A DNA stretch of 64,000 nucleotides from Chrysomallon squamiferum. Lineage: Eukaryota > Animalia > Mollusca. The notes under the pieces were generated by a model, which was not told where the DNA came from, searched no databases, and saw only the letters and a program-made list of their open reading frames with translations. The stretch is from the NCBI GenBank assembly GCA_012295275.1, contig CM022671.1:682001-746000 (forward strand), given 5' to 3'. Both the position numbers and the translations under genes were made by a program. Shown one piece after another: positions 41,169-53,800 of this stretch (position 1 is the first letter of the stretch; each line of letters begins with the position of its first letter).

Positions 41169-41551
41169 TTTATTTTTTTATTATTAAATCTCTATTTTAT
41201 ATATATTTAATTTATCATCTGTATTTTAGATTTTTTTCTTCTCTAAATTCTGAAATTAAAATATTGAAATGAAATAAAATAAAACTTAAGTACCTTTTAA
41301 CAGTAAATAATTTTTTTTTTTTTTTCATCAGCTATATTTTGTTTTATAAAAAAATAATTGTCTAAATTTACTTTTTATTTGCACTTAAAAACTAATAAAA
41401 TAATTTTTTGGTAAACACATTATTTCATCAAAATCTTTAATATAAAACAAATAATTTTTTTTTTTTTTTTTCATTAATTTTTATTTCTAATACTTTTTTC
41501 TGGTAATTGCTAGGGTAATATTGTCATATTATCTTACCAGTTTGTTTTGAG

Positions 41552-41593
<42 letters not shown>

Positions 41594-43607
41594 AAACAAT
41601 TTAAAAGTGTTCAGTATTTGAGTTATGTAGACAGTAAAATACTTTTGTGGCATTATACAAATTAAAAAACAACAAGCCAACTGGTGATGAATTTTGATCT
41701 GATTTTTATTAAAGCTGTTTCAAAGACATTGAAGTTGACTATACAAAACAAATTTCATTTGGAGCAAACATTACGATGTTTGTTTTTTTTTTGTTGTTGT
41801 TGTTTTTTAACTTATTAAACAGTTACTTAGTATTTAATATAATAAATCCTCATTTATTTTAATGTCGAACAATTATAGTTTGTCAGTTTCTTGAAAATAA
41901 ATAGTGAAATCATGTTATTTTTTGTATTATTATTATTATTATTATTTTTTTTTTTTTATCAACTTTGATTGTGACTTATTTTTTAATTAAATAATTAAAA
42001 ATCAAGATTGAAAAAAATTTACCAGTGACAAAATAAACAAATTCTGAGGTTTTTATCTAGTTTGTTTTCTGTACAGCACTATGGATATTGTCAATAAACT
42101 TGTATGGAGATTTTATCAAGCAGTGAGTCATACCAGTTTATCAAATGCAATTGAATGAAGCTCATCAAAAAAGCTTACATCTTCACAATAATAGTACTAC
42201 CACTTGGAATGAGTCCAATTTTTTCTTGACTGTTTAACTAAACAAACATTTTTTGGGGGTGTATTTTTTTTAAATCTATATTATGGCAATAGCTTAGTTC
42301 TTTATCATTAATCTTCTTTTCTGCACTAGTCATTTTTTATAAACAAGTTTATATAAATTTTTATACAAATCACTATTGATAAAATGTTAAGTATTGTAAA
42401 AAAAAAAAAAAAAAAAAATTTAAATTTACAAACTTTGAAAATGCAAATGCACCTTTTTCCTTTTCTTTTTATAAATTTATCCGAGATGAAAAATATATTT
42501 GTTGTGTCAACAATATAGTTCTAAATTCAGCATTCATTTGCCTAAACTGAAATTTTATTAAAAACCAAAAAGCAAAAGGAATCACATCTTATCTTCAGTA
42601 ATAAAATGAAATGAAACAAAATCAAATCCATCATCCCCATGGTTTTTTCATTGTTTTGGTGACAAGATTACTAACCCCCATTCATTAAAAAAAAATTATT
42701 AAAATTGTCTAAAAATGTTTTGTCACCTAAAGGTGCAACAATTAATTTTATTATTTTTTTAATTTTTTTTTATTTAAATTTAATATATCTAATGTGTTTT
42801 TTTGTTGTTTTTGGGGCAGCTTGGAGGGTTGTAATTATTTACCACATTAGTTTTAATAAACATAAATTAAAAATGTAGGTAATTTTTCTCTGAAAACAAA
42901 CAGAATTATGCAAGCATCTTCAAATTTATTTCATCTGGTTACATTTTGTAAAATAATTACATAAAAAAAATCATTTATTCATAACAGAAAAATGCATTGA
43001 TTAAATTATCAGAAACTGAAAATCATTCCCAAGAATTTACCTATTTCTGAATGTAACAAGGTTTTAAGTAAAAACTAGATCTTTTACTGAAAACTGAAAC
43101 CATAAGTTGAAGTAAAAAAAACATGATGCTGAAAGCAAAAACAGATATTTAGCTAGCACTTTCTTTTTTACACAAAACAAACCTCAGAGGATTTCAATAA
43201 TACAAAAATACATATCTAAATTGTCTTCATAGTGTGAAAGTTAATTTTAAATACATTATTTACATCAAAGTGTTATATACTTTTATAATTGGCACAAGTA
43301 TTGATTTAAGTCTGGTTTCCAGTTGTATCGTTCAGTCCTGATTACAGATCTTTTAAGCAAGGCAGTAAGGCAGTGAATATAATTTTAAAAATAAAAGTAA
43401 AAGCATGCAAAGTAAACCAATCAGCTAAAAAAAAGAACACACTGAAATAGTTAACAAGCCAACCAAAACTGGAAAAGGATAGAAAAAGAGTTTTAAAAAT
43501 GTCATACAAAATCATCTTATTCTACAATGATAAACTATTCAACATCTTGAAATTAATTGTCATGATTTATCAAAATTGTGCACAAAATCTTGAACTCTTC
43601 ACAATGG

Positions 43608-43640
<33 letters not shown>

Positions 43641-44567
43641 GCTGGTATTATTTATTTATTTATGTTTTTTTTTTTTTTTTAAATACTTCCTTTTTGATTG
43701 ATTAGTCATTAAAAAAGCACTGTCAAAATAACATTTACTACTACTAAATTTTTGTAATCATGAATTATGTGAAAAACTTTAAAGAATGCAATATAGTCTA
43801 CTAACAAAAAACAAACAAAAAAAAATTAAAAAATTAAAACAAATTTCCAAAAACAATGAAGTTTTAAAAATACCTACAAATTTTACATTAAGCCTCCTAA
43901 TATATATGCTTTGAAAGATTATCACAAATTCTGGTAGGAACCACCTGATTCCCAAAACAAACAGCCTGCTGCAAAAACACATTCTCTAGGCAAAGATTTT
44001 CACTGTCAATTTAGAAAAACCTTTCAGCTAATTTGGAATATGAAACATTTTTCAGAGTGTTAAAATCTACCCAAATTTTCAAGGCACCAAGAACATGGCA
44101 AAATTTTTTAATATTCCAAAAATACTGGGGTGCCATTAACAAGAAATTTATAAAGTGAAACCCTTAAAATATTTATATATTATTGCAATATTTGTCTCTA
44201 TTTTGATATTTATCAACAAATAAGAGCAATCAATTTGATTCAGAACCATAATTAGCATATTCATTACTTCAGTATATATCAAGTCTTATTTGTAATATAG
44301 AAAGATGTAGTAATTCTAATACCCAAATTATTAGTTGCATCAATGTGAAGGAAAGTAAATAGCATCAATCTGAATGACAATATATGACTTTTTCAGTACA
44401 AATACTCAGCTGACCTGATTACACTTTCTGTTGCTTATTTGTTAGGCAATGAATAAAATCAGTCTCCACAGCAAATGTAATACTAAACATATTTATCACA
44501 TAAAGCAAATCCTTATCAGCCCATATATATCTTATATATCACAAACAAAGCTATTACTAACTACAAC

Positions 44568-44855
44568 TTATTTAGGCAAGGCACTGTATAACCTGGCTGC
44601 TTGCTGAGCAATATCCTCAGAATCATGTCTAGTAAGAGCATATACTTTGTTTTTAAATTTACCAATGTTGTCCACTCCAAATAATGCTGTGAACATGGTT
44701 TCTGGAGAAGCAGCTTTGTCTCCTGTTGGCAGTGATTCTGATGTCATGTCTTCCTGGCTCACTGTTGTGACAACATTAGCGAGGAATGTTGTCATTCTTA
44801 AAGTTAAACTAGAATCAGCTGTTTTGTCAAGCAGTTCAAGAAGACAGTCTGGTGC
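44568..44855 (-). CDS. ARMC10: ARMC10-like last exon
   Basis: ttgttccag|GCA CCA GAC...CCT AAA TAA. Confidence 0.88.
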   Translation of the reverse strand, partial: APDCLLELLDKTADSSLTLRMTTFLANVVTTVSQEDMTSESLPTGDKAASPETMFTALFGVDNIGKFKNKVYALTRHDSEDIAQQAARLYSALPK

Positions 44856-47800
44856 CTGGAACAAAAAAGGAAATGTTTGTAAAAATTAGTTTTGATTTTA
44901 TCTTATTTGTAATTTAAACCAAAAAATATATATATATAGTATGATATTTTTAATAAATTATTATTTATTTTGTAGATTACATTATTGTTATTTTTATGTA
45001 AAATATTTTTCTGATTTCTAAAGAATGTTTACATGGCCAGCACTAAGTATTAATGAGAGACGTAAATTCCATAATGTTCAAAACTAAGTTTTTCTTGTTT
45101 TCAGTGTATAAAATTTTCCTCATCCACTCTTCCAGTTTTTTGCAGACTAGAACACATATACATGTATTACACATATTTTACCTTGGCTGCCAACAAGTTC
45201 TTCACCATATCTGCATTACAGGAAAGATTAACCAAAAGTTTTAAAGCTTGCAACCGGATGGCCCTATTTCCACTGTCCAGTAGGAGATAAAGCTGCTGAA
45301 TAGCCCTGGTGTATTCCCCGTGATAGTCAGAGGTGGTAGCAAGGTTTGTGAGTGGTTGAAGACAAGACAGCTGAACAGTAGACGATACACCCTCACTCGT
45401 CACCAAATCTATCAGAACTGGGATACAGTTCTTTTTAAAAAATGAAAAATAAATAGAAAATGGCAGAAATATTTTTAAAAATGAATAAGTTAATTTTTAA
45501 ATCCATGTTACTTATTTCTGAAAAATTAAATTATTAAATGAATCCTTAAAATTTTAGCATTCTGAAATAATGGACTGTTAATATTGTGAACATTTTTTTT
45601 CAAAAATGGTAACACAATTCTTGCCTGAAATAAAGATAGTATCAGAAAAAAATAAAAACTGCTGCATAAAATCAAAACATATTCTGTAATTTGTAAATTT
45701 CATTGAATATCAAAACAACATTTTTAATTTTTTTATCCCAAGATCTCAGTACTTTTTTCTAAATGTAAAATTAAATTATTGTATCGGATGTATAAATTAC
45801 AGCTTAACAAAATATTCAAAAATTCAGAATGCAGAATTAAAAACAAACAATTACCTGTAACTGCTGTTGATTCAAGACATCCATAGAAAGGTTCATTATA
45901 GCATTGTTCACAGATACAAGGAAAGAATCAAAAGAATTATCTCCAGATGCTACTGATTTGTAAAACTGCAGCAATCGGAGCATTTCTGAAGGACATCCAT
46001 TTTCTCTTAGTGCTTTCTGTAATTACAGGAAAAGGGTTTAAATCTAAAGGAAAAATACATACATTTATTCACAGATAAAAAAAGATTGTAATATTACTTT
46101 AATTAATCTTTAGCTTAAACAAAAGCAAGGCGTGGCCTAATAGTAAAACACTTGCCATATGCAAACCTGAAGTAGAACTACTCCATTCTGTTTCTTAGTA
46201 TTTATAATAATTTATAAAATAATATCAGTAATAGAAAAATCATTTCATAAGGAAATAATATCTGAAAAATACAAATTTATATAATAATACCTCTAGAAAA
46301 TACATTGTAAATATTTAGACTATAGAAATGTGTTTAAAATATACATATTTCACTTCCTTATCTTTATATTTTATAAATTACCTATATATATATATTCCCA
46401 TTTGTAGTTACTTAAAAATGAAATTTTAAATTAAAAAAATTCACTGTTACAGCCTCTGATAATTGTATTTCTCAAATATTAGTAAATGCTTGCTTTGGAG
46501 ATACTGCTTATTTAGAAGGTTACAAGTGCCATTTTTATCATTAAAATAAACTTATTTCATTTATCATTAGTAAAATAGATGTGGTATCAGGCTTTCAAAG
46601 AGAAAGGAATTATTTTTACACTTAAGCTTTATTACAACTGTTTACCGTAAGAATTCTGAACATTTTAAAACAGAATACAACTATAAATGTTAAAAAATCT
46701 GTTTCAGGATTAATTTGTAGAAACCAGTTTTATTTACGTTTCAAGATATATTACAACAGTGTAATTACCCAAGCTGACTTATTTCATTTATTTATTATAT
46801 TTTTAAAATATAGATTCTTTAAAATAAATAATTACAGGATAAAATCCTACTATAATAATACAAAATAATTAAAAAAAGAAACAAAAACAAAGTTATATCT
46901 GTTTATCAAGGCTTCAGAATAAGCATGGTATTAATCAATTATACTTTCAACTAACCTGCTGCAAATGTATTAATGTTACCAGCATTATTACAGGTATTGC
47001 TAGATCTAAATCATTCATACTTTGTTTTATTTTCTTAAATTATAAAAAAAAAAAAAAAATAAGTAATATTCTTGAATTCTTTTCAAAACTATGTATTTCC
47101 TTACAATTAGTTTATTTTGATTTTTGTTTGTTTTTTTTCATTGTCAAGACTATAAACAAAACTATGAAATGATATTCTGCAACATTCTTAACATGATAAA
47201 GATATCATATATATTTCATTACAGTATTTAATCTCATATATAAAATGCACAATTTTCTTTTTAAATTCTTCTGATATAAAATATAAATAGTGAAACTAGT
47301 TTTAATATTATTATTATTATTATAAATAATTCAAATAACCTACCTATAATACACAACCACCGATGTCCATACAAGACTGCTGACTTATTCCTCATTTATT
47401 TTGGAATAAAAAACAACTGAAAAGCTACGCATGATACTACAAGATAAGTATAACTGTGTGTGATAACTGTAAATAGCTGTTTAACATGGCACATTCTGTA
47501 AACATAGACAAGAGCCTGGAGTCTTAAGCTCTATCATCTGTCACCTCCATCTGTGGCCAGCAGAATTCTAAAAATCCTTGTCAATATTTATCAGTGTTCT
47601 GCAGAATATCAGCAGATGTCTGATAACAATATCTACTTAAGTAGTAGATATAATGTAAATAAAGATTGTCACATTCCTTTAAGAATTGAATATCTCCAAG
47701 TCTAAAAATATCAAATTATATATGTATGTGTGTATGTATATATATGTGTGTGTGTATGTATATATATGTATGTGTATATATATATATATATATATGCAAA

Positions 47801-50800
47801 AGCAAGCAACCTGTAGAATGTCTAATATTTCAGGCAATCTTGACATTGCCTGATTTTTCAAGATAACTGCTGGAGCCATTACTGTTGTAAAGTTATTGTT
47901 AACAAGATGCCTTATTATTTAATTCTTTAATTTATATCAAAGCAAAATCTCAACAAAGAAATTCTTCAAAAACAAAAACATTAACAAAATGTTTGATATC
48001 TAAGTAATGGAGATGTTAAAAATTACTTTTAATCTCACACTACCTTAATCTGTTAATTCTATATTTTACATGATAATCTTAATGGTTAATTACCTTATAA
48101 CAGATTTTTTTCCTTTCCATTCAGTGGATTAGAAGCCAGCTGAACATGTGTTCTTGATAATTTTTGTTTTTAATCTTCTTAATATGATACATGAATGTTT
48201 TCGTAACTGATTAGATGCCAGGGTAATAGTGTGTTTCCCTGAAGACAGTATAGAACAGGGGTGAATACCACTGTTGATTAAGGGCTGTTAATAGATTTTC
48301 ATTTTAAGGAATTGCTTCTAGCAAAGAAGGCCAGTGTTGCAAAGTGGCTGCTAATGCTGAAAGAAGAATATTTCCAATTGATGGATGAGTTGTTCAGTTA
48401 AAAACTGGTAAACAATACAAAATACTCCACAGTGGTGATATGGAGAGGTGATTTCAAAAGCATGCCAAACTGATATAAGAACCAATAAACTTTGTCAACA
48501 CTGATCATATGTATGTCATTATTTTGTGTTCTCACATTTCATCTGGACATGGTGGTCAGAAATGGATCATTACATTTTTATTTAGAGGGAAAGCACCAAC
48601 GTCATGGCTAGCTAATAACAATTCATAATGAGTCTACCATTTGCTTAATTACAGAACAACCTAGTTTTCATTCCAGCAGCAAGCAGACATCATACAAGTC
48701 TTATTCAGCAGAACAGGGTGGAACTGCAGACCACTGTCAAGGACATCAATATCATTCCTGAATCCTTGTCAGATATGTTTTGAGTGCTCAGCATTATTGG
48801 CACACTATTTACATTATCACCCTGTAATATTACTTTCAGAGGATTTACTTTGCAATTTACTGGGTCATTCCGTGTCAAATCACCCAAAAAAAAAAGAAAT
48901 TTAAACCCGACCGTCTCAGATTTTTATGAAACTTGGTATACTTGTTGACTGGGATCCCACAGCACCAAATCTGAAATATTAGCCCAATCAGACCAGTGGT
49001 GTGGGAGATATGGCCCATGGAGTTTTGAGATTTTTGCCAAAAATGGGTGTGACCACCAACCTTAGAACCTTCATATCTCAGGAACTACTGGGCCAATCTT
49101 CATAAAACTGGTATTGTTAGAAAGGCAAAATGACAAGGATACCAAATCTGCCAATTTTGTTTACTTTGGAAAATATTGGAGTACCTTGACCTTTTGACCT
49201 TTGCTTGCTATGACCTTGAAATTGACCGTGTGGATCACGTGATCTTGAGATGACCTTTATTGAAATTTAATCTCCCACATGTTAACTAAAACATATAAAA
49301 GTTTCCTGGGTGTAATATTTTTTGTTTAGCCACAATATAGATTTAAAAAATGCACATACCTGAAAATAACACGTTTACAGCCATTAACATCTGATTAATT
49401 AAAACCTGAATGATCAATTCTGGATGCTAGGGATCACCATCTTTCTTGATCATCCAGTAAGACATTGTAGGCCTACATGTATGCATAAAGTTCACATAAA
49501 TTTGAGAGAACTAGGTGTTTCTGATGCTTAACCTTCTCACTATGTTTGTTTCAAATGCTCACTGTATCCTTCATTCCCAGACACATTCTACTGTTCTCAT
49601 CACTTTCATAAAATTGGATTATTTCTTCCTTCAATTCATTGTCCATTCAATGGTAAAGGGTGACAAAATCAAGATTTGCACACGCTCTGGGTAGGATTTA
49701 GACATTAAGATGTCATTTTAATGTTACTGTAGCTGATGCTAGTTTTTTTCTGTCCTTTCATTCATTTACTGGAATGTGCTAGTGAATGGAGTTTGACAGG
49801 CATTTCGCCTAAACTCAACAGAATAGAATTCAAATCAAAGTCCTTTTCTGGGGAAACAACAACCAGCGGTTTGTCTGGCAAGTTATCACCAAATTCTCCC
49901 ATTGTAGTACCACCCATACTAAAGCCATCCTCTGCAGGACCTTTGATTTCTGAAGGGTAATCAGACAGTCACAGCACAACTTGTCTCCTGGCACTAGTGT
50001 CTTTGGAGGATTTACTAAGCATTTGTAAGTGCCCATGCTAACAATTCTTAAAGATCTAGTGTGTGCTTGCTCAGGGTGGCGATTAAGGGGATCACAACAG
50101 TTTTTCTGCGATGTTGAAAATTTGATGAAACGTTCTTGTTCATGATACTCTTGATGTCCTGTGTTTTGATCCCACTTCAAAGAGTGAGGAGTTCGATTTC
50201 CTCAGTTTTCCATACACTTTGCAACAACTCCTTTTTGATATGATGGTGTTGATAATACACATTTTCAGGAGAGTTAAAGCTGCAGTTAGCCCTGGAAGAA
50301 ATAAGGATTTTCAGTATTGGCCTGCACCTTCAATTCAAAGTCAGTGCTTTCCTAAATATTAAATCAAATCCTGAAACCCTTTCAGTAAAGTTAAGCAGGT
50401 CATAAAATGGCAGCAGAGTACATGTGTTATTGCCAAAGGCCCACAAGTCTTGGGCATTTATGTCAATCTTCTCAAGTATAAATCACAGTTTATTAAGGTG
50501 AAGTAGACCTTGTTCATACTCTGTGCCGAAGACTGGGTGTACAAATACATTATGCAGTACATCACTTGATGACGTCTGATTTCAGACTGAGTTGTACTGT
50601 TGTTGACAGAAGCCTTGTTCAAAACCAATGGCAAGGCCCACATGACATGATAAAATTACTTAATAGGTTTTATGAAATAAAAATATTGTTTATATATCAA
50701 CATCTGACATTGTGTCCAACTTAAAAAGCTTCAGATTGTCAAAGAAATGCAGATGAAGAAACTTCTTTGTCTTAAACTTCAAATTGCCATGTGCTCAATG

Positions 50801-53800
50801 GGGATTGCACCAGGGAATCTAAAGGAGTTCCTGACCTGCCTGAAGCATTACTTCCTGTTAACCCTTTGAGCCTGATTGTGTAGAACATGTCATGCCATTT
50901 GGCATCTTTTCATATCCTTCAGGCATTCCTTCAGACATGTCAGGTGGGTTTTAACTCCAAAGATGAGTTTTTAGTCTCAGAGAAAATGTACATTGTAATG
51001 CATTGTATCAATCATCCATGCAGGTATGCATTTTTTTAAATCTCTATTAAGGCTAAACAAAAAATATTATACCCAGGAAACTTTTATATGTGAACTTTAT
51101 GCATACATGTATGCCTACAATGTCTTACTTGATGATCAAGAGAGATGGTGATTCCTAGCATCCAGAATTGATCATTCAGGTTTTAGTCAATCAGATGTTA
51201 ATGGCTGAAAACGTGTTATTTTCAGGTATGTGCATTTTTCTAATTGTGGCTAAACAAAAAATATTGTTTTAGTTAAACAAAAAATCTCAAGATCATCCAA
51301 AATTTCAAGGTCATAGCAAAGGTCAAAAGGTCAAGGTACTCCAATATTTTCCAAACTAAACAAAATTGGCAGATTTGGTATCCTTGTCATTTTGCCTTTC
51401 TAACAATACCAATTTTGTGAAGATTGGCCCAGTAGTTCCTGAGATATGAAGGTTCTAAGGTTGGTGGTCACACCCATTTTTGGCAAAAATCTCAAAATTC
51501 CGTGGGCTGTATCTCCCACACCACTGGTCTGATTGAGCTAAAATGTCAGATTTGGTGCTGTGGGATCCCAGTCAACAAGTATACCAAGTTTCATAAAAAT
51601 CTGAGACGGTCAGGTTTAAACCATTGGGTGATTTGACACGGAATGACCCTACTTTATACTTTGTGGATATTATATCTTTTTCTTACATAACAAAAAAAAA
51701 AGATAAAAAAATGATCACAACTATTCAACAGTTATTACTATCAATAATTTGAATATAAAAGTTTTTTAATTAGTGGATGACAAGTGTGTTTTCTATGCTT
51801 TGTTATCTATGCATTACATGTAATAAAGAGTAAAATGGTGTATTCATTATCAATATTTAAAAAAATAAAAAAATAAATAAAAATCATGTTACTTTACACT
51901 AGTAAATCAGCTGAACTATCAGTGCATCATGAGACTATCTCTATATAGCAGCTGCAAGCAAAATACATGATCTGAAGCATGCTGCTGCTGATCCAGGAAG
52001 CCTGACTATTCTCTTCTCTTTGTTAGATCATGGTACTTTAAATGCTACATGGCAACTGTAAAGTGCATCACCAGATGCCACTCCAGTCAGACCTGTCTAA
52101 ACATACACAACATATGTTTGTGTTGATATACAGGTTTGTAAATCTATTAATGCTGTACATCCTTGAATATGTAATTAATTGTCAAATATGTTTATTTAGT
52201 TTGTTTAACTTATTTTATATGTGTTTATCTCAAATCTGTAGCAATAATATTCAAATAGCATATTAAGAGCACCTTATCTACTGGAAAATTTTATTAATGA
52301 TGAGCACCTACAGATGTGATTAATTATCAGTTATATGTTTGCTTTAGTTTTGATGTTTTTATCTCAAATCCAAAAATATATAATAATAATTTTTTAAGTG
52401 TTAATTACTTCAATGTCAAGCTTTTTGTTAGAGTTTAGTTTTTGGAAGATATCTCTGGGGAGATTTTTCTTTGAAAGAAATTACATAATTAAATAATATA
52501 GCATTTTGTCATTAGCTGGCTTTACCTTTACAAATCTGAGTGAATTAAGTAATTTACAGACTGCCTGAAATATTCATATAAATGATTCAAACAGAGCTGC
52601 CCAATATTTGTATATCAGTATGTTCAAATAAATAAACTGATTAAAGATAAAATAAATAATTCTCTGTAAATTTTACAGACACACAAAATTCCATAACATG
52701 AACAACAGATTTAGACATGACAGGTTGTTGGATTCAACTCCTTTGTAATACACTTTTTTTGTACCTGTAAGTTAAAGGAAGATGCAGGTCTATAAAAGAT
52801 ACCTAGTTGCTAACTAACAGGCCTAAACCACAGAGAGACAATGGCAGGTTCCTTCCATAAAACAAAAGACACAGTCAACATCTTAATAGTATTAATGCGA
52901 AAATACCAATGTATTATGTTTTTGCATCTTCATTATTCAGTATTTAAGTGAGTGACATTGTCCTCTGTTACCTCCCTACTACTTTTGTGTGTGTGTGTTA
53001 TTACTATTGTCTTTACAGTTAATGAAATGAAAAATCATGTTCAAATATGAATATTTTTTAAAACTAATTATGCTGCAGAACATTTTAATGTTATTACAGT
53101 ATAAAAAATACTATCTGATCTGACATCAGTATTTGTGAAAATTAGTACTTACAAACATCTTTTCTAATTATATCTGTATCAATCTACACCTTTTTTTTTT
53201 TTTTTTGCTGACATGCTCTTAGAAACATTAAGAATAATTTTGTAAAGTTTTATATCAGTTTTGTACATATTCATTTAAATTCAAGCTGACACCTATCAAC
53301 ATTTATACAGTCAATCTTATCTTTTGGCAAAAAGTGTGTTATAATTATAAACCTTTTCAAACCTGAGTCACTTACTTTCTATAAATATCAGCAGAGTGTA
53401 TTACTACTGACATAATTCTACAGTGTACTTACATTTTAAATAAGAAATCTTGTGAAAGAGCCAAATACAAGTCATAAATAGAATTATTATTAATCTGATT
53501 AATATTTCTTTATTCTTTAATATTTATAATCTGTAATTTGTAATCTTGAAAATTTAAATTAAATATTTGTATTAAACACATATATTAATCTTGATTTTAT
53601 TTGTTTAGCTAATATAAAAATAAGGCTAAATAAAGAAAACAAAGTTTTCTCCTTTTATACAGTATTTTTATTTATAAAATAATATAACGAACCACTGAAT
53701 GTTACAACCTGAGTAAATCATTGAGAAATTGTTATATATAATCATTTTTAGTGATTTTTTTACATATCCTGACATCAAACATGAACATAAACATTAAATA

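Noticed and set aside
35149-44567. Short hydrophobic F/L/Y/I-rich ORFs between the DCP1 and ARMC10-like stops, and similar ORFs across the window
   Set aside because: They arise from poly-T and (TTA)n tracts in 3'-UTR, intergenic or intronic DNA, with no domain or splice support
46527-46540. TGCCATTTTTATCA resembling the 5' part of mollusc miR-1985
   Set aside because: Match stops after 14 nt and there is no hairpin
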